DNA of 64,000 nucleotides from Mobula hypostoma (taxonomy: Eukaryota). The translations under genes and the position numbers were made by a program. How positions within the stretch are numbered: position 1 is the first letter of the stretch; each line of letters starts with the position of its first letter. The stretch spans positions 28,832,001-28,896,000 of the forward strand of contig NC_086108.1 in the NCBI RefSeq assembly GCF_963921235.1, read 5' to 3'. The notes below the pieces were generated by a model, which saw nothing but the letters and a program-made list of their open reading frames with translations, was not told the DNA's origin and made no database searches. Of the stretch, positions 27,262 to 41,000 are shown piece by piece.

Positions 27262-27782
27262 CACTACTTTATACTTTATTGTCGTCAAACAATTGATACT
27301 AGAACGTACAACCATCACAGCGATATTTGATTCTGCGCTTCCCGCTCCCTGAATTACAAATCAATAGTAAATATTAAAAATTATAAATCATAAATAGAAA
27401 ATAGAAAAATGGAAAGTACGGTCGTGCAAAAAAAACGAGAGGCAGGTCCGGATATTTGGAGGGTATGGCCCAGATCCAGGTCAGGATCCGTTCAGCAGTC
27501 TTATCACAGTTGGAAAGAAGCTGTTCCCAAATCTGGCCATACGAGTCTTCAAGCTCCTGAGCCTTCTCCCAGAGGGAAGAGGGACGAAAAGTGTGTTGGA
27601 AAGGTGGGTCGTGTCCTTGATTATCCTGGCAGCACTGCTCCGACAGCATGCGGTGTAAGGTGAGTCCAAGGACGGAAGATTGGTTTGTGTGATGTGCTGC
27701 GCTGTGTTCACAATCTTCTGCAGTTTCTTCCGGTCTTGGACAGGACAACTTCCATACCAGGTTGTAATGCACCCTAGAAGCT
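27262..27782 (-). mobile_element. Rex1/Babar-like LINE 3' fragment
   Basis: LGCITTWYG...LPSGRRLRSL...NSFFPTVIRLLN. Confidence 0.8.
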
Positions 27783-28149
27783 GTGATGAATTTGTGTTCA
27801 TCTAGATAATTGCTATCTGCAACTTCTATCTTTTTCTGGATCACCATTTCCATTACAATTACTTCAAAAAAAAAGGCCAAAACTGGAGAATTACACATCA
27901 TATTTCATTTGTCTGAACGTTGCCCATTCAACTGACCTAACTGGATCCTTTTCTAGGCTCTTTCTGTCTCCTACACAATTTATTTTCTTACCTAACTTTC
28001 AGTCACCAGTGAAATCAGCACCCATACCTTTGATACAACAAATCAAGGGTGCATGGTCAATCCATTCCACTTAAGTTATTCACAGAGCAGATAAGTAAAA
28101 TAAAACAGATTCTGCAGTTGGTAGAAATCCAAAGTGTGTGTGTGTGTGC

Positions 28150-28186
<37 letters not shown>

Positions 28187-28339
28187 AGAAAACTTTTGTC
28201 TATTCAAGCACTGTAGCATTTAATCCATAGAAATAAATCTGACTTTATAGCTGTTCCTTTAACACACCATTCACCATGTCACGTCAATCAGAACAAAATA
28301 TTTATGTCTGATTGTGTTTCCTGTTAACCAGGCAGTCTT

Positions 28340-29430
28340 CTATTCAGAACCAACATTAAGTTTCACTGCCATATGTCGTGAAATTTGTTGTCTTTGAGGC
28401 ACAAATAATAGAAAATTGTGAATTACAGTAAAAAATATATGTAATAATTAATTTAAATGTATAGTCAAAAATAAAACTATAAAAAAGTAATGAGGTAGTG
28501 TTCATGGGTTCATATCCATTCAGAAATCAGATGTAGAGGGGAAGAAGCTGTTCCTGAATAACTGAGTGTGTCCCTTCAGGTTTCTGTACCTCCTTCCTGA
28601 CAGTAGTAATGAGAACAAGGCATGACCTGGGTAATGAGGGTCCTTAATGATGGATGATGCCTTTTTGAGGCATCGGCCCTTGAAGATGTCCTGGTTACTA
28701 CAGACGCCAGTGCCCATGATGGAGCTGACTAAGTTTACAACTCTCTGCAGCTTATTTCAAACCTGTGCAGTAAACCCACCTCACACTAAACAGTACATCT
28801 ATAAAATGTGTGGGTGTCTGCCGACATATCACATCTCCTCAAACTCCTAAATAAATATAGCCGCTAATGTCCCTTCTTTGAAGCTGCATCCACATGTTGG
28901 ATCCAGGATAGATCCTCAGAGATCTTAAAACACCCAGAAACTTGAAATTGCTCACTCTTTCCACTTCTGATCCCTCTATCAGGATGGGTTTATGTTCCCT
29001 CGTCTTACCATTTCTGAAGTTCACACTCAGTTCTTTGGTCTTACTGATATTGAGTGCAAAGTTGTTGCTACAACACCACTCAACTAGCTGGTATATCTCA
29101 TTCCTGTGCACCTTCTCACCACCATTCTGCAAACAGTGGTTGTATCATCAGTAAACTTACAGATGGCATTTGAGCTGTACCTAACCACACAGTCATGGAT
29201 GTAGAGAGAGTAGAGCAGTGGGCTAAGCACATACCCCTGAAGTGCACCAGTGTTGAATGTCAGCAAAGTGAAGATATCTCTGATCTGCAAATTGTGGTCT
29301 ACTGGTTGGGAAGTCGAGGATCCAGTTGTCCAGGCTCTGGAGCTTTTCAATCAGAACTGTAGGAATGATTGTGTTCAATGCTGAGCTCTAGTCAATAAAC
29401 AGCATCCTGACATAGGTGTTTGTATTGCTC
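28340..29430 (-). mobile_element. Rex1/Babar-like LINE fragment (RT end to 3' tail)
   Basis: QGYVLSPLLYSLY, KFTDDTT, VERVSNFKFLG, HALFSLLLSGRRYR. Confidence 0.8.
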
Positions 29431-29454
29431 ATAGCTTTACTTTCTGCATTACAA

Positions 29455-29665
29455 TCACAAGACCATAAGATATAGGAGCAGAAGTAGGTCATTCGGCCCA
29501 TTGAGTCTGCTCCGCCATTCAATCATGGGCCGATGCACTTCATCAAGTCATCCCCACTCCCCTGCTTTCACCCCATACCCTTTGATGCCCTGGCTAATCA
29601 GAGAACCCATCTATCTCTGCCTTAATACACCCAATGACTTGCCCTCCACAGCTGCTCATGGCAAC
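29455..29665 (-). mobile_element. CR1-like LINE 3' end
   Basis: cataagatataggagcagaagtaggtcattcggccc..ccattcaatcatgg end; related copy at about 54.8 kb. Confidence 0.55.
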
Positions 29666-30114
29666 ATTAACCTTTGATGTGTCATTAAATGAATTTGGAA
29701 AAAAAATCCCAAGCTTTGTTAATCATTCTTCTAAATTATCCTTATCAGTGGGTGTACATACCAGGTTTGGGGCTATATTGTTTTCCTTGTAATGCACTGA
29801 TTAGAAGTCCCAACGTTAAGCTGTGATTAGAGTAAAGGACAATTCAAGTGCAAGTGCTCCAGTTTCGCTCCAGCATTTTTGGAGAGAGAATCTGCTATTT
29901 GAAACAAATTGGAAAATCTACAGCAACAATCAAGTGTACACCAGGGATACCAATTTTCGGAACTTCTCTCCATGCTAGGAATATGCACCACTACACGTCA
30001 AATGGTTCTGCATTGATATTCAAAAGTGCACGTAAGAGTCAAACATCAAGACCAAATTTTCTGTTGCACATTGACAAGGGCAATCTATCTACAAAGGAGA
30101 AACAAAACTAGACA

Positions 30115-30385
30115 CGTTTATTTTTTCAGAGATACGGAGTGGAATAGGCCCTTTGAGCCACACCCCCCAAGAACCCGATTTAACCCTAACCCCATTACGG
30201 GACAATTTATAATGACCAATTAACCTAACCCTGTACATCTTTGAACGGTGGAGGGAAATTGTAGCACCTGGGGAAAACCCACAAGCTCCTTGGGGAGGAC
30301 GTACAAACTCCTTACGGAGGATGCCGGGATTGAGCTCCAAACTCCGATGCCCCGAGCTGTAGTCGCGTCGTGCTAACCGCTACCA
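30115..30385 (-). mobile_element. HE1/V-SINE-like SINE
   Basis: Reverse complement of the family at 403-685. Confidence 0.65.
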
Positions 30386-32094
30386 AGACAAAAGCCAGTC
30401 ATGCAAATACTAGCAGGTGAATTGAATTGATAAACAGCATAATGCTCGTGTTCCAAAGTTAAACAGAAATTACTGGAAATGGTCAACAGCGAGGGCACGT
30501 TTCAGATCATTTATCCTTTATCTGGACTAGAAAGCACCAATGGTTTTCATGGTAAATACAGTATCACTGGGATAAAACTATGCGCAAACACGTCTGCAAA
30601 GGATGCAGATCGATATATGTTTAAAAAAAATAGCATATAAACAGGCCGCTCAGTCAAACCAATCCACACTCCACTCAATCTCCAAGTTGAACCAAATTAC
30701 TTGCTTTTGGTTATTGCAGCTTTAACCAACATCCCTGGAACCTTGCCTGAGTTAACTACTGATGTACACAAAAAAATAACATCGAACATTTCATATGCAG
30801 AACGGACGAAGCAATACTGAGAATCTGCAAAGGCAGCAAGAGGAAGAAATGCATTTTTATTCGTAAAATACCAGGCTTTTTCCTCAGAATTCAGAAGGCG
30901 CATGCCATATATATTCATAAAAAAACTGAGTAAATGAACACGTTTACCAGTAATTGAAGTGATTAATCAGTTGTCTCACTCAATCACAGTAAAGCTTTGA
31001 ATGAGTGCTGGTGAAAATTAAACAGTCTTACACAACATCCAGCTGATAGGATGCTTCTAATCCAGCCTGCCTGATCTCACTGCCTCCCAGGGTCCCAGTG
31101 CTCACTGCAGTCACATTCTGGCATTGACTGGTTATTGTGTTTCTCAGCTGATGGTTAGCCTCAAGGCTCCACGCAATCCAAGCCTTCTGGCTTTGTTCAT
31201 TTGTCACTGGACCATTCCAGTAAATTCCAACCACTAACTCAGAGGGAGTCTTAATTAATTTTAGAAGGAGCACAAGACATGGAGTTCAATCGCAACTCTG
31301 AGGGATCAGAGACGGGGGGTGGGGTGGTGGGATGGGGCTTACACATGCCAGCAGTGAGGCAATACTACTTTTGTTATTGTAATTCACTATCGCTAATAAT
31401 GGTACAATAATTTTAACAATTTATTAAACTATTGGATTTGTGTATTATCAGCATTTGTTCATACAGGGGTAAAATAATACATTTTCAATCTGGTTTGCTC
31501 TGCAGAGGAATTGAGTATCATCACTATATAATCTACCAAATATCTCACCCAAGTATTATTTGATATGGTGAGCGAAATTACAGCTTGTTAACCAATTTCT
31601 GCCCTCATAAAATAATGCCAAACTCTGCTATTTCTCCCTTGGAACATCAAATAATGGAGGAAAATATTCAGGAGCAGAAACCTTTCATTACAAACTGTTT
31701 ATCTAATCATGCTGCTCCCTCCTGATTCAGTGTAGTTACATTGGAACAAATTATTGCGAAATTAAATACAAAGACCTTGTCAATCTAACACGATTTATCA
31801 GCAGATCCATTTTATTTTAAGGAATAAAACTGCTTGCTGACATGCAATTCCATGCGCTAAGCCTCCATCTGCAGCCTGAGCGAAAATGCTGTGTTGGTAA
31901 GGTAAATCAAGGCAGGACAGAACCCACTAATCTTCAGTAACTTGTTACATTACTGACTTTCAGCATGGTAAAGCCATATTTCCTACAACCTCTTTTCCTA
32001 TGCTTTTATACCAAAGTTAAAAAAAAGTTATTACATAACAATGTGGTCAGTGTGGGGTGTACAAGCAGTTTAGGAATTTTTTTGATTCCTACAC

Positions 32095-32530
32095 GTTTCA
32101 TCATTATATGCCATGTTGTAAGATTGTGGTCTTTCATCTATCTTTTGACTCCCCCCCCTCCCCTTTACACTGTTGATCTTGTACTTCTCTCTATCCATAA
32201 CCATGATTGTTCTTGGCAAATTTTTCTACAGAAGTGGTTTGCCATTGCCTTCTCCTGGGCAGTGTCTTTACAACACGGGTGACCCCAGCCATTATCAATA
32301 CTCTTCAGAGATTGTCTGCCTGACATCAGTGGTCGCATAACCAGGACCTGTGATACGCACCAGCTGCTCATACGACCATTGACCACCTGCTCCCCTGGCT
32401 TCACATGACCCTGACCCAGGGGGCTAAGCTGGTGCTACACCTTGTCCAAGGGTGACCTGCATGGTAGCGGAGGGAAGAAGCACCTTACACCTCCTTTAGT
32501 AGAGACGTATCTCCACCCCATCACCCAACC
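32095..32530 (-). mobile_element. Non-autonomous element with RTE/BovB-type 3' tail
   Basis: gaagtggtttgccattgccttct motif recalled from RTE-dependent SINE tails; (cat)n end. Confidence 0.5.
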
Positions 32531-34142
32531 TACATGTTTACCAAAGTGAATATGGATCTGTAACTCTTCCTTCAATCTAAAAGATTCAGTTCATGGATAT
32601 TATAGCCACATCTGGAATGAACACCAAGAACCTAAAAAATCCACGTAACTTCGGAGATCAGTTTACCTTTGTGGCTACTTCAGTTTCTAGTCATGTCAAG
32701 CAGGAAAATAGTGTAGTGTATCTGTACAACAGTGACCGTGATGTATAAACTTTAACCGTTCCTTCCTCATTGAGAGGGCTACTCTTTTTGACTGGAAAGT
32801 GATGCACATCCTTACCATTTAACAAAATTGAGTGGGAACCCAAAAGGCTATAAATATATTACAATCTATTAATAGATTATTTTAATGTACAATTAAGGAT
32901 ATAGAGAAATTGATAATGTTGAATTCTTTCAGTTGTTTTGAACATGTAAGGACAGTGGACTGCCTAAAAACTAAGTGAACCAAGTAGTTACAGCTCCAAC
33001 AACACGTCTCAGATCTGAAATGTTAACAGTTTGTTTTTCCTCAGACCCTGTCTAGACTACTGAGTGTTTCCAGTATTTTCAGTCACCACAGTTTTAGGGA
33101 CTTTCAGAAACCATCTGAACTTGTGGAACTGGAGAAAGATGATTGACTAAATTATGAAATGGGTCGAGCAGCAGTAAGCCGTAGGAATAAATCCTCTTCC
33201 ACAAAGATCAGTGTTAACACCTCAACAATTTAGTATCATTTTTAAATCACGTAGACTGGGATAAGAATAAATCACATTCAAACTTGCTAAAAATACAAAG
33301 TTAGATTGCAACATGAACAATGTAGGTGGAAGTATTCAACAGCAAAACACTACTAGCACACAACATTTGTGGCTGTCATGACTTAGTCACTACACCATAA
33401 GTGCCACAGTGACTTTTATCCCATACACACGCCTTGTGAGATGTGGAAATTCAGAAACTGCTGTTGTTGGCTTCCTGTTCCTCCATAGGCTGCATTAAGT
33501 TTTGCAGCTCTTCTTGTGAAATATTACTGTCAAAACTCAAAGTGCATTTATTATTAAAGTATGTGTACTACATGCAACTTGCGATTTGTCTCTTTACAGG
33601 CAGTCACAAAACACAAAGAAACCCAATAGAACCCATTAAAAAAACTGTCAAACACCCAGTGTACAGAGAAAACGAAAAACAAATCCTGCAAACATTAACA
33701 GTGAGCAAATCGCATTCAGAACTGAAGTTTACAAACATGAATCCACAGGAACCCACTAGTTGCAGGCCACAGTTTCAGTTCAGTGCAAAGACAAATAAAC
33801 TTCGCAGAGCAGCGAGCTGAACTGGCCTGATGCTTGCCTCTGGCCTGACACCCTGACCTTTTTAATCTGGCCCAATGCTTAAATTGTCCAAACCTCGGGT
33901 CGGTAGTTTGGTGAAAAAAAAAACACCCAAACTTAGACCCCAAGGAATTAAGATCAATTTAATGATCTTACACTACTTTAGAAAATTAAGTTCTAGTAAG
34001 GTTTTTTACATCTCAATTACAGTGATCTCTTGTCTTTGCCCAAATCTTTCCTTTACTTCAGCCTGACAACATGACTATTACAGGACACAAGCAAACCACT
34101 ACAGCTGACACCAGACAGACATCAGAAAGGGTAGTTCTAGTG

Positions 34143-34390
34143 AAACACACACTAAATGCTGGAGGAACTCAGCCGGTCAGATAGCATCAATGGAATTAAA
34201 TGAACAGTCGACATTTTGGGCCAAGGCCCTTCATTAGGACTGGAAAGGAAGAAGGGAGAGAACAAGGACAAGCTAGAAGGTGATAGGTGAAGCCAGGTGG
34301 GTAGGGGAGGAGAAACGAACTAAGAATCAGGGACATGATAGCTAAAAAATGTAACGGTTTGAAGGAGGATGAATCTTCCTTCTGGTGATC
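34143..34390 (-). mobile_element. Older PLE 3' fragment
   Basis: Same family as 24452-24730; decayed hammerhead. Confidence 0.65.
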
Positions 34391-34701
34391 CCTGTTGCCT
34401 GCTTTCTTTGAGATTGGTTGCTTGGTATTCGCAAGTATTAAGTCTAGTGGATTGAACAAATGGAGAAAGCTAAGGCAAGTGGATTTTAATAAAGGCAAAC
34501 ATGAGTCCTTTCACTTTGGATCATAGAATGGTCAAGCAGTTCATGATTAGCAAAATATTGTAAACAGTGTATAGAGGGTTAAATTGATTAGGTCATGTGC
34601 ATCCATCAAAGGATAAAACAATTAAAAGGCCAGACTTCATTTATGAAGTATTAGTAAGTGGGGAAAGGAATTTTGCTGCAAATATACAAGGTCTTAATTA
34701 G

Positions 34702-34926
34702 CACACATAAAAGTTGCTGGTGAACACAGCAGGCCAGGCAGCATCTCTAGGAAGAGCTACAGTCGACGTTTCAGGCCGAGACCCTTCTTCAGGATCCTGA
34801 CGAAGAGTCTCGGCCTGAAACGTCAACTGCACCTCTTCCTAGAGATGCTGCCTGGCCTGCTGTGTTCACCAGCAACTTTTATGTGTGTTGCTTGAATTTC
34901 CAGCATCTGCAGAATTCCTGTTGTTT
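34702..34926. mobile_element. Spacer-less palindromic PLE-end insertion
   Basis: 93-bp arms 34702-34794 and 34795-34887 centred on GGA|TCC; TSD aaggtcttaattag at 34688-34701 and 34927-34940. Confidence 0.9.
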
Positions 34927-36415
34927 AAGGTCTTAATTAGACTACGCCTGAAACAAGGTGAAGATATCTGGGCACCACACATAACGAAAATTATCTTTGT
35001 CTTCAGTGAGCGGTGCAGATTCCCTGCGATAGTACTTGGATGCCAAGGGCTTAAATAAAGTGAGATTAAATAGAATCTGTCGCATCTTCTGGAATTTTCA
35101 TTAAGAAATTATTTGGCTCAAGTTGTCCAAATATTAAGATTAGAGAAGGCAGGAAGAGAGAAATTTAGTTCTACATTCTCCAGATTGCAGAGTCTAGAAA
35201 TTAGAGCTGGGCTTTTCAGAAATCGCATTTGGTACCACGTCTACAGACTGTTTACAAACATTCTTCTCTAAACAGTAACTGAAGTCAAGTTAATTGCTAA
35301 TTTCTAAATCTACGATAGCCAGACACGGCATACAGATGTCCTTCGCTTTTCAAACGTTCGCTTTACGAACCTCGCTGTTACGAAAGACCTACATTAGTTA
35401 CCTGTTTTTGCTAACAGGTGTTTTCACTGTTACGATAAAAGGCAGCACGCGAAAAAAGGCATCACGTGCCCCGAGCAGCCAAGCTCCTCCCCCGGAACTG
35501 CATTCTAGCCGGCATTGCTTAAACACGTGCCTGTGAGCATCTGTGCATTATGTCGATTTATTTTGAGCATCCGTTAGCAAGATGTGTTCTAAGGTATTGG
35601 AAAAGCCTAAAAGAGCTCGTAAGGGTGTTACACTTCACGTAAAACTAGACATAATTAAGCATTTCCATCGTGGTGAGCAAACGAAGTAAGGACAATGTGA
35701 GTTTGGCTTGTGGAATTTGACGAAGATGATGTTGAAGAGGTATTGGCATCCCATGACCAAGAACTGATAGATGAAGAGCTGATGCAATTGGAAGAGGAAA
35801 GGATAACAATTGAAACCGAATGCAGTAGCGAACGGACCGAAAGTGAAGTCATCCAGGAACTGAACATGAAGCAACTGCGTGAGATTTTTGCTGAAATGAT
35901 TGCAGAAAAGTACGACTTTAAGTTTGAAAGGGTACGTAGGTTTAGGGCATATTTGCAGGATGGTTTGAGTGCTTACAAAGAACTGTATGATAGAAAAATG
36001 CGCGAGGCTAAGCAGTCAAGCATACTATCGTTTTTCAAGCCTTCCACATCAGCCACAGCAGACGACGAACCTGGACCTTCGACATCAAGACAGGCAGACA
36101 TAGAAGAAGATGACCTGCCTGCCCTGATGGAAACAGACAACGATGAGATGACACCCCAGTGTCCCACCACCCCAACAACCGGGCCGTGGACCGATACCAG
36201 GCTGCGAAGAATGCAGTGGTAGCCGGGATGCACCCAACATATCTTTAAGAAAAAAGCCGAGGGGACTTCCGGTAGTGCTCATGGAGTGAAGTCGCGTTCT
36301 TGACTCGCTCCATTACTTCTGAGTTTTTTTTCTTATGATCAGCTATATTTTAATTAACCATTAAGGCATCAACTTTTACAATACTTTGAAATAAATTGGG
36401 CTTTTCGATAACTGG

Positions 36416-37315
36416 ATGCGTTTAAGGTCTGCTATGTCTAAGAATGGGAAAAACGGGAAAGATGGCAAACCTCCGGTTAAACCGAAAGGTATTGATTTCC
36501 CCCCGACTGAACCACCGGTGACTTTGAAAGCTATATCGGAGTTAATTCAAAGGGAAATTTCAACCTCTGTTATGGAGCTGATTCGTGCGGAAATTTCAAC
36601 CTCTGTTACGGAGCTGATTCGTGCGGAAATTTCAATTAATTTCCAGAAAATTGCCGATTCAATCGATAAGATACAAACATCTATTACGGAACATCAGTCG
36701 GCTACATCTGATCTTCAAAAATCCACGCAACAAAGTGAGCTTAAGATGGGGAAAATCGAAGAAACAATTAATGTAATGAAGAAGAAACTTGACTTTCTGA
36801 CCTTTAAAAACTCTGACTTAGAATCTAGAATGTGATGGCAGAATCTACGAATGATCGGGGTGCGTGAAGCTGTTGAATCTGATAACCCTATGAAGTATTT
36901 TTCTCAACTTTTAAAAGATGCATTTCCTACTGTATTTCCTGACCAACCACTGCTATTGGATCGCGTTCACAGAGTTCCATCATACTCCCCTAGGTCAGAT
37001 AAACCTCGACATGTCATTTTACGGTTTCATTACTTTCAAGACAAGGAGAAACTGTTTCGATTTGTTCGATCTAAAGGTTTCATTGATTTTTTGGATCTTA
37101 AATTCCGATTTGTGGAAGATTTCAGTAAACCAATCCGCGATCAGCGGGTTCGTTACAGATCTGTGATGTCGGAACTCTACAAGATGGATTTAAAACCAGC
37201 GCTTCTTTACCCTGCACGTCTAAGGATTCGTACGTTGGATGGAGCCCTCCGTTTTTTTGACTCTCCATCGGATGCCCAGAGTTATCTGGATCAATTTTCA
37301 CCTTCAACATCTTAA
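36416..37315 (+). pseudogene. L1 ORF1 (coiled coil plus RRM/CTD-like) with one in-frame stop
   Basis: ORFs 36416-36835 and 36851-37315 share a frame; DLESRM*WQNLRMIG, LDRVHR, PRHVILRF, LLYPARLRI. Confidence 0.9.
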
Positions 37316-38032
37316 TTGTAATTTTTTTAACTATCTCCGTTGATCGGAGGCTGTGAATTTGTCGGTCTTAATTTTTTTTTGCCCTATTTGGGCAGAAAAG
37401 TTTATTTTTGATTACTTAATATGGTTGCTAAACTTTCTTTTTAACTGCGTCATTTCTTTCTTTTTCCCAGGGGATTCTGGGTGGTTACTTCCTTATTGTC
37501 ATTTTACGTATTTCCTTTGTGGCCTTAAATTTTGTAGTTTTTTTTTAAATCTATTTTGTTTTGTAGGTTTTTATAACTAGTTAATGTTAATAATCTTATT
37601 TTTTTTTGTTGTTCTGTTTATTCATGGGTCTGGGGTTTATTGCGGTTTTTAAAAATATATTTTCTGGCTTTTATTCTGTTATGCGTTTATTTTAATTGAG
37701 TTATCTTTTTTTCATTCTTTTACTGTTTTATAATCAGCTGATCTTTTTTATATTTACACTTTTTTTTAGGGAGCGTATACCGGAAGTCATGGGGGTAGTT
37801 TTAGTGCTTGCTTCTTTCGGGCTGGTCTGCGTTAGATTTAGCCTTGGGGTCATGGGGTGGGGGTGGTGGGAGGGGCTTCACGTTTTAGTTTCTTTCTTCT
37901 TGGGCTATATACATTATTGAAGTATTGGTTGCGTTCTTCTTCCCGGTATCTCTTGTATGTTCTGTTCCCTCTCCGGGTTCGTGGGTCGAGCCTATCGTCA
38001 ATCCTCCTTGTTGTGGGTTGACTTTAGGGTTT

Positions 38033-41000
38033 ATGAAGTCTATTATTAATTTTGTCTCCTGGAATACTAATGGTCTTAATCATCCTATTAAAAGGAAAAA
38101 AGTTTTTAAAGTGTTCCGGAGACTTAAAGCACAAATTTTATTCTTACAAGAGACCCATGTGCGGAGGGGGGACAGACTACGTTTTTTTAAATTCTGGAAG
38201 GGCCAACAGTTTCATTCGAACTCCAATGCTAAGATTCGAGGCGTCTCTATTTTTATAGACTCCTCAGTTACTTTTATACAACATGATATTATTTCTGATC
38301 CGAATGGTAGATTTCTATTGGTTAGTGGTTTACTATTCAATAAAAAAGTAGTTTTGGTTAATGTTTATGCTCCTAATATGGACTGTCCGGAATTTTATAA
38401 ATCATTATTTAATCAGTTTCCGAATTTGAATGAGTTTTCATTGATCTGGGGCGAAGATCTTAATACCTGTTTGTCTCCAGCTTTGGACCGTTCGGCTCCT
38501 TTACGGACCTTACCTAATAAATTTGCAACTTTGATTAATTCATTCCTTTCTGATTCTGGGTCGACAGACATTTGGCGCTTTTTGCATCCTCAGGAAAAAG
38601 ATTTTTCTTTTTTTTCACATGTTCATCACTCCTATTCAAGAATTGATTATTTCTTTATTGATTCTCGTCTTATTTCCTCAGTGATTAAATGTGATTATGA
38701 TTCTATAACCATTTCGGATCATGCTCCACTTAAGCTTTCTATTAAAATTCTGGCCAATATACAAAATAATAGACAATGGCGTTTTAATTCGCTGTTGCTT
38801 CAGGACTCGGACTTTGTTAACTTTATGAATGAACAGATTGATCTTTTTTTTACAATTAACCATACAGAGGATATTTCTGTTAACACTCTTTGGGACACCT
38901 TTAAAGCTTATATTCGTGGTCAGATTATCTCGTATTCTGCTGCTTTGAGGAAGAAGCAGAAGCAGGAGGAGTTGGTAATTGTGGACAAGATTAAGGAAAT
39001 TGATAAGAAATATGTTATAGCTCCTTCTGAGGAGTTATATAAACAAAGAACTGAACTTCAAATGGAACACAGTTTATTACTCTCGTCCTCGATTGTAAAC
39101 CAATTAAAGAAAACAAGAAGTGAATTTTATGTACACAGTGACAAAATTGGCAAACTGTTGACTAATCAATTGAAGTCTAATTATGCTAAATCTCAAATTA
39201 ATTAGATTTATAACCAAAATGATCGACTGATACTTGATCATGTGGGGATTAATCAAACCTTCTGTGATTTTTACTCTTCCTTATATCAATCAGAGTCTCC
39301 TCGAGATTCTAAATATATGAATGATTTTTTAGATAATTTAGACTTCCCTGAGATTTCACAGGATATGGCTTCTATGTTAGATACTCCCATTACCATGGAT
39401 GAGATTAAGAATGTTATTTTCTCTATGAATTTGGGGAAAGTTCCTGGCCCTGATGGGTTTACCGTAGAATTTTATAAATGTTTTGCTCCTTCATTAATCC
39501 CTTGGCTCTGTAGGGTTTTTGAGGCTTCATTGAAACTTGGTAAACTTCCTGAATCTTTTAATAGAGCGTCAATTTCTTTAATATTAAAGAAAGATAAAGA
39601 TCCTGCTCAATGTGCATCTTATAGACCAATATCTTTATTAAATGTTGATTCTAAAGTTTTTTCTAAGTTATTAGCAAATAGATTAGAAAAAGTACTTCCC
39701 TCTATTATTTCGGAAGACCAAACGGGTTTTATTAAAGGTCGTTACTCTTTTTATAATATCCGTACACTGTTAAGTATTGTTTATACTCCCTCACAAAATG
39801 TTCCTGAATGTGTTATCTCTTTAGATGCCGAGAAAGCTTTTGATAGAGTAGAATGGCCTTATTTATTTAAGGTGCTTGAAATGTTTAATTTTAGCTCAAA
39901 ATTTATATCCTGGATTAAACTGTTATATCATTCTCCTGTGGCCTCGGTCCGTACTAACTCTTTAAGTTCACCTTTTTTCCCTCTTTTTCGAGGTACTCAA
40001 CAAGGTTGTCCTCTTAGTCCCTTATTATTTGATATTGCATTAGAACCTCTTGCAATTGCCATTCGAGAATCTCCAAATATTACTGGGATAACTCGGGGCT
40101 TAAAGTCCCATAAATTATCACTCTATGCTGATGATTTACTTTTATATATTTCTAATCCTCAAAAATCCATCCCGGCTGTTTTAGAGTTATTAGCACAATT
40201 TGGTCTTTTTTCAGGTTATAAATTAAATCTTAGTAAGAGTGAACTCTTTCCGATTAATAAACAACTTCCCTTATATTATAAATTTCCATTTAAATTGATT
40301 AATAATTATTTTTCCTATCTTGGGATTAAAATTACTTGTAAATACAAAGATTTATTTAAGACTAACTTTTTACCATTAATAGACCATATTACTCAACTTT
40401 CATCTAAATGGTTTCCTTTATATTTAACTTTGATTGGTCGTATTAATGCAGTTAAGATGTTTTTTTTTGCCAAAATTTTTATATATATTTCAGGCATTAC
40501 CAATCTTTGTTCCAAAATCTTTTTTTGACAAAGTTGACTCTAAAATTTCTTCATTTATTTGGCAGAATAAAAACCCGAGATTGGGTAAAATACATTTACA
40601 GAAAGCTAAGACAGATGGAGGCTTAGCATTACCTAACTTTAGATTTTATTATTGGGCAATTAATATTCGACATATGAAATTCTGGTTACTGGACCAGGAT
40701 ATACTATCCATTCCTAAATGGGTAGTATTGGAATTACAATCTGTTCAGGGTTTTACACTTGGCTCTATTTTAGGTTCCTCTCTTCCTTTTGATTGGAAAC
40801 GCCTTAAACAGGGGTCTAACCCGATAGTTAAATATACCTTGCGTATTTGGTTTCAATTCAGAAAATTTTTTGATCTTAATCAATTTGGGTTAGCGATTCC
40901 TATTTTAGGTAACGTATTTTTTTCTCCCTCTTTTACGGATCGTGCTTTTCAAATTTGGAAGACTAAGGGTATTTCACGGTTTTTGGATTTATTTTTAGAT

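Noticed and set aside
32095..32530. HDV-like ribozyme at the head of RTE-related elements (also 47320-47700)
   Set aside because: I could not assemble the nested double pseudoknot by eye; it needs a motif search.
35710..36222. 170-aa acidic ORF as a host gene
   Set aside because: Lies within TIRs and resembles a Tigger transposase tail without the catalytic domain.
37925..38032. N-terminal extension of L1 ORF2 in the ORF track
   Set aside because: Non-ATG start; endonuclease homology begins at the ATG at 38033.
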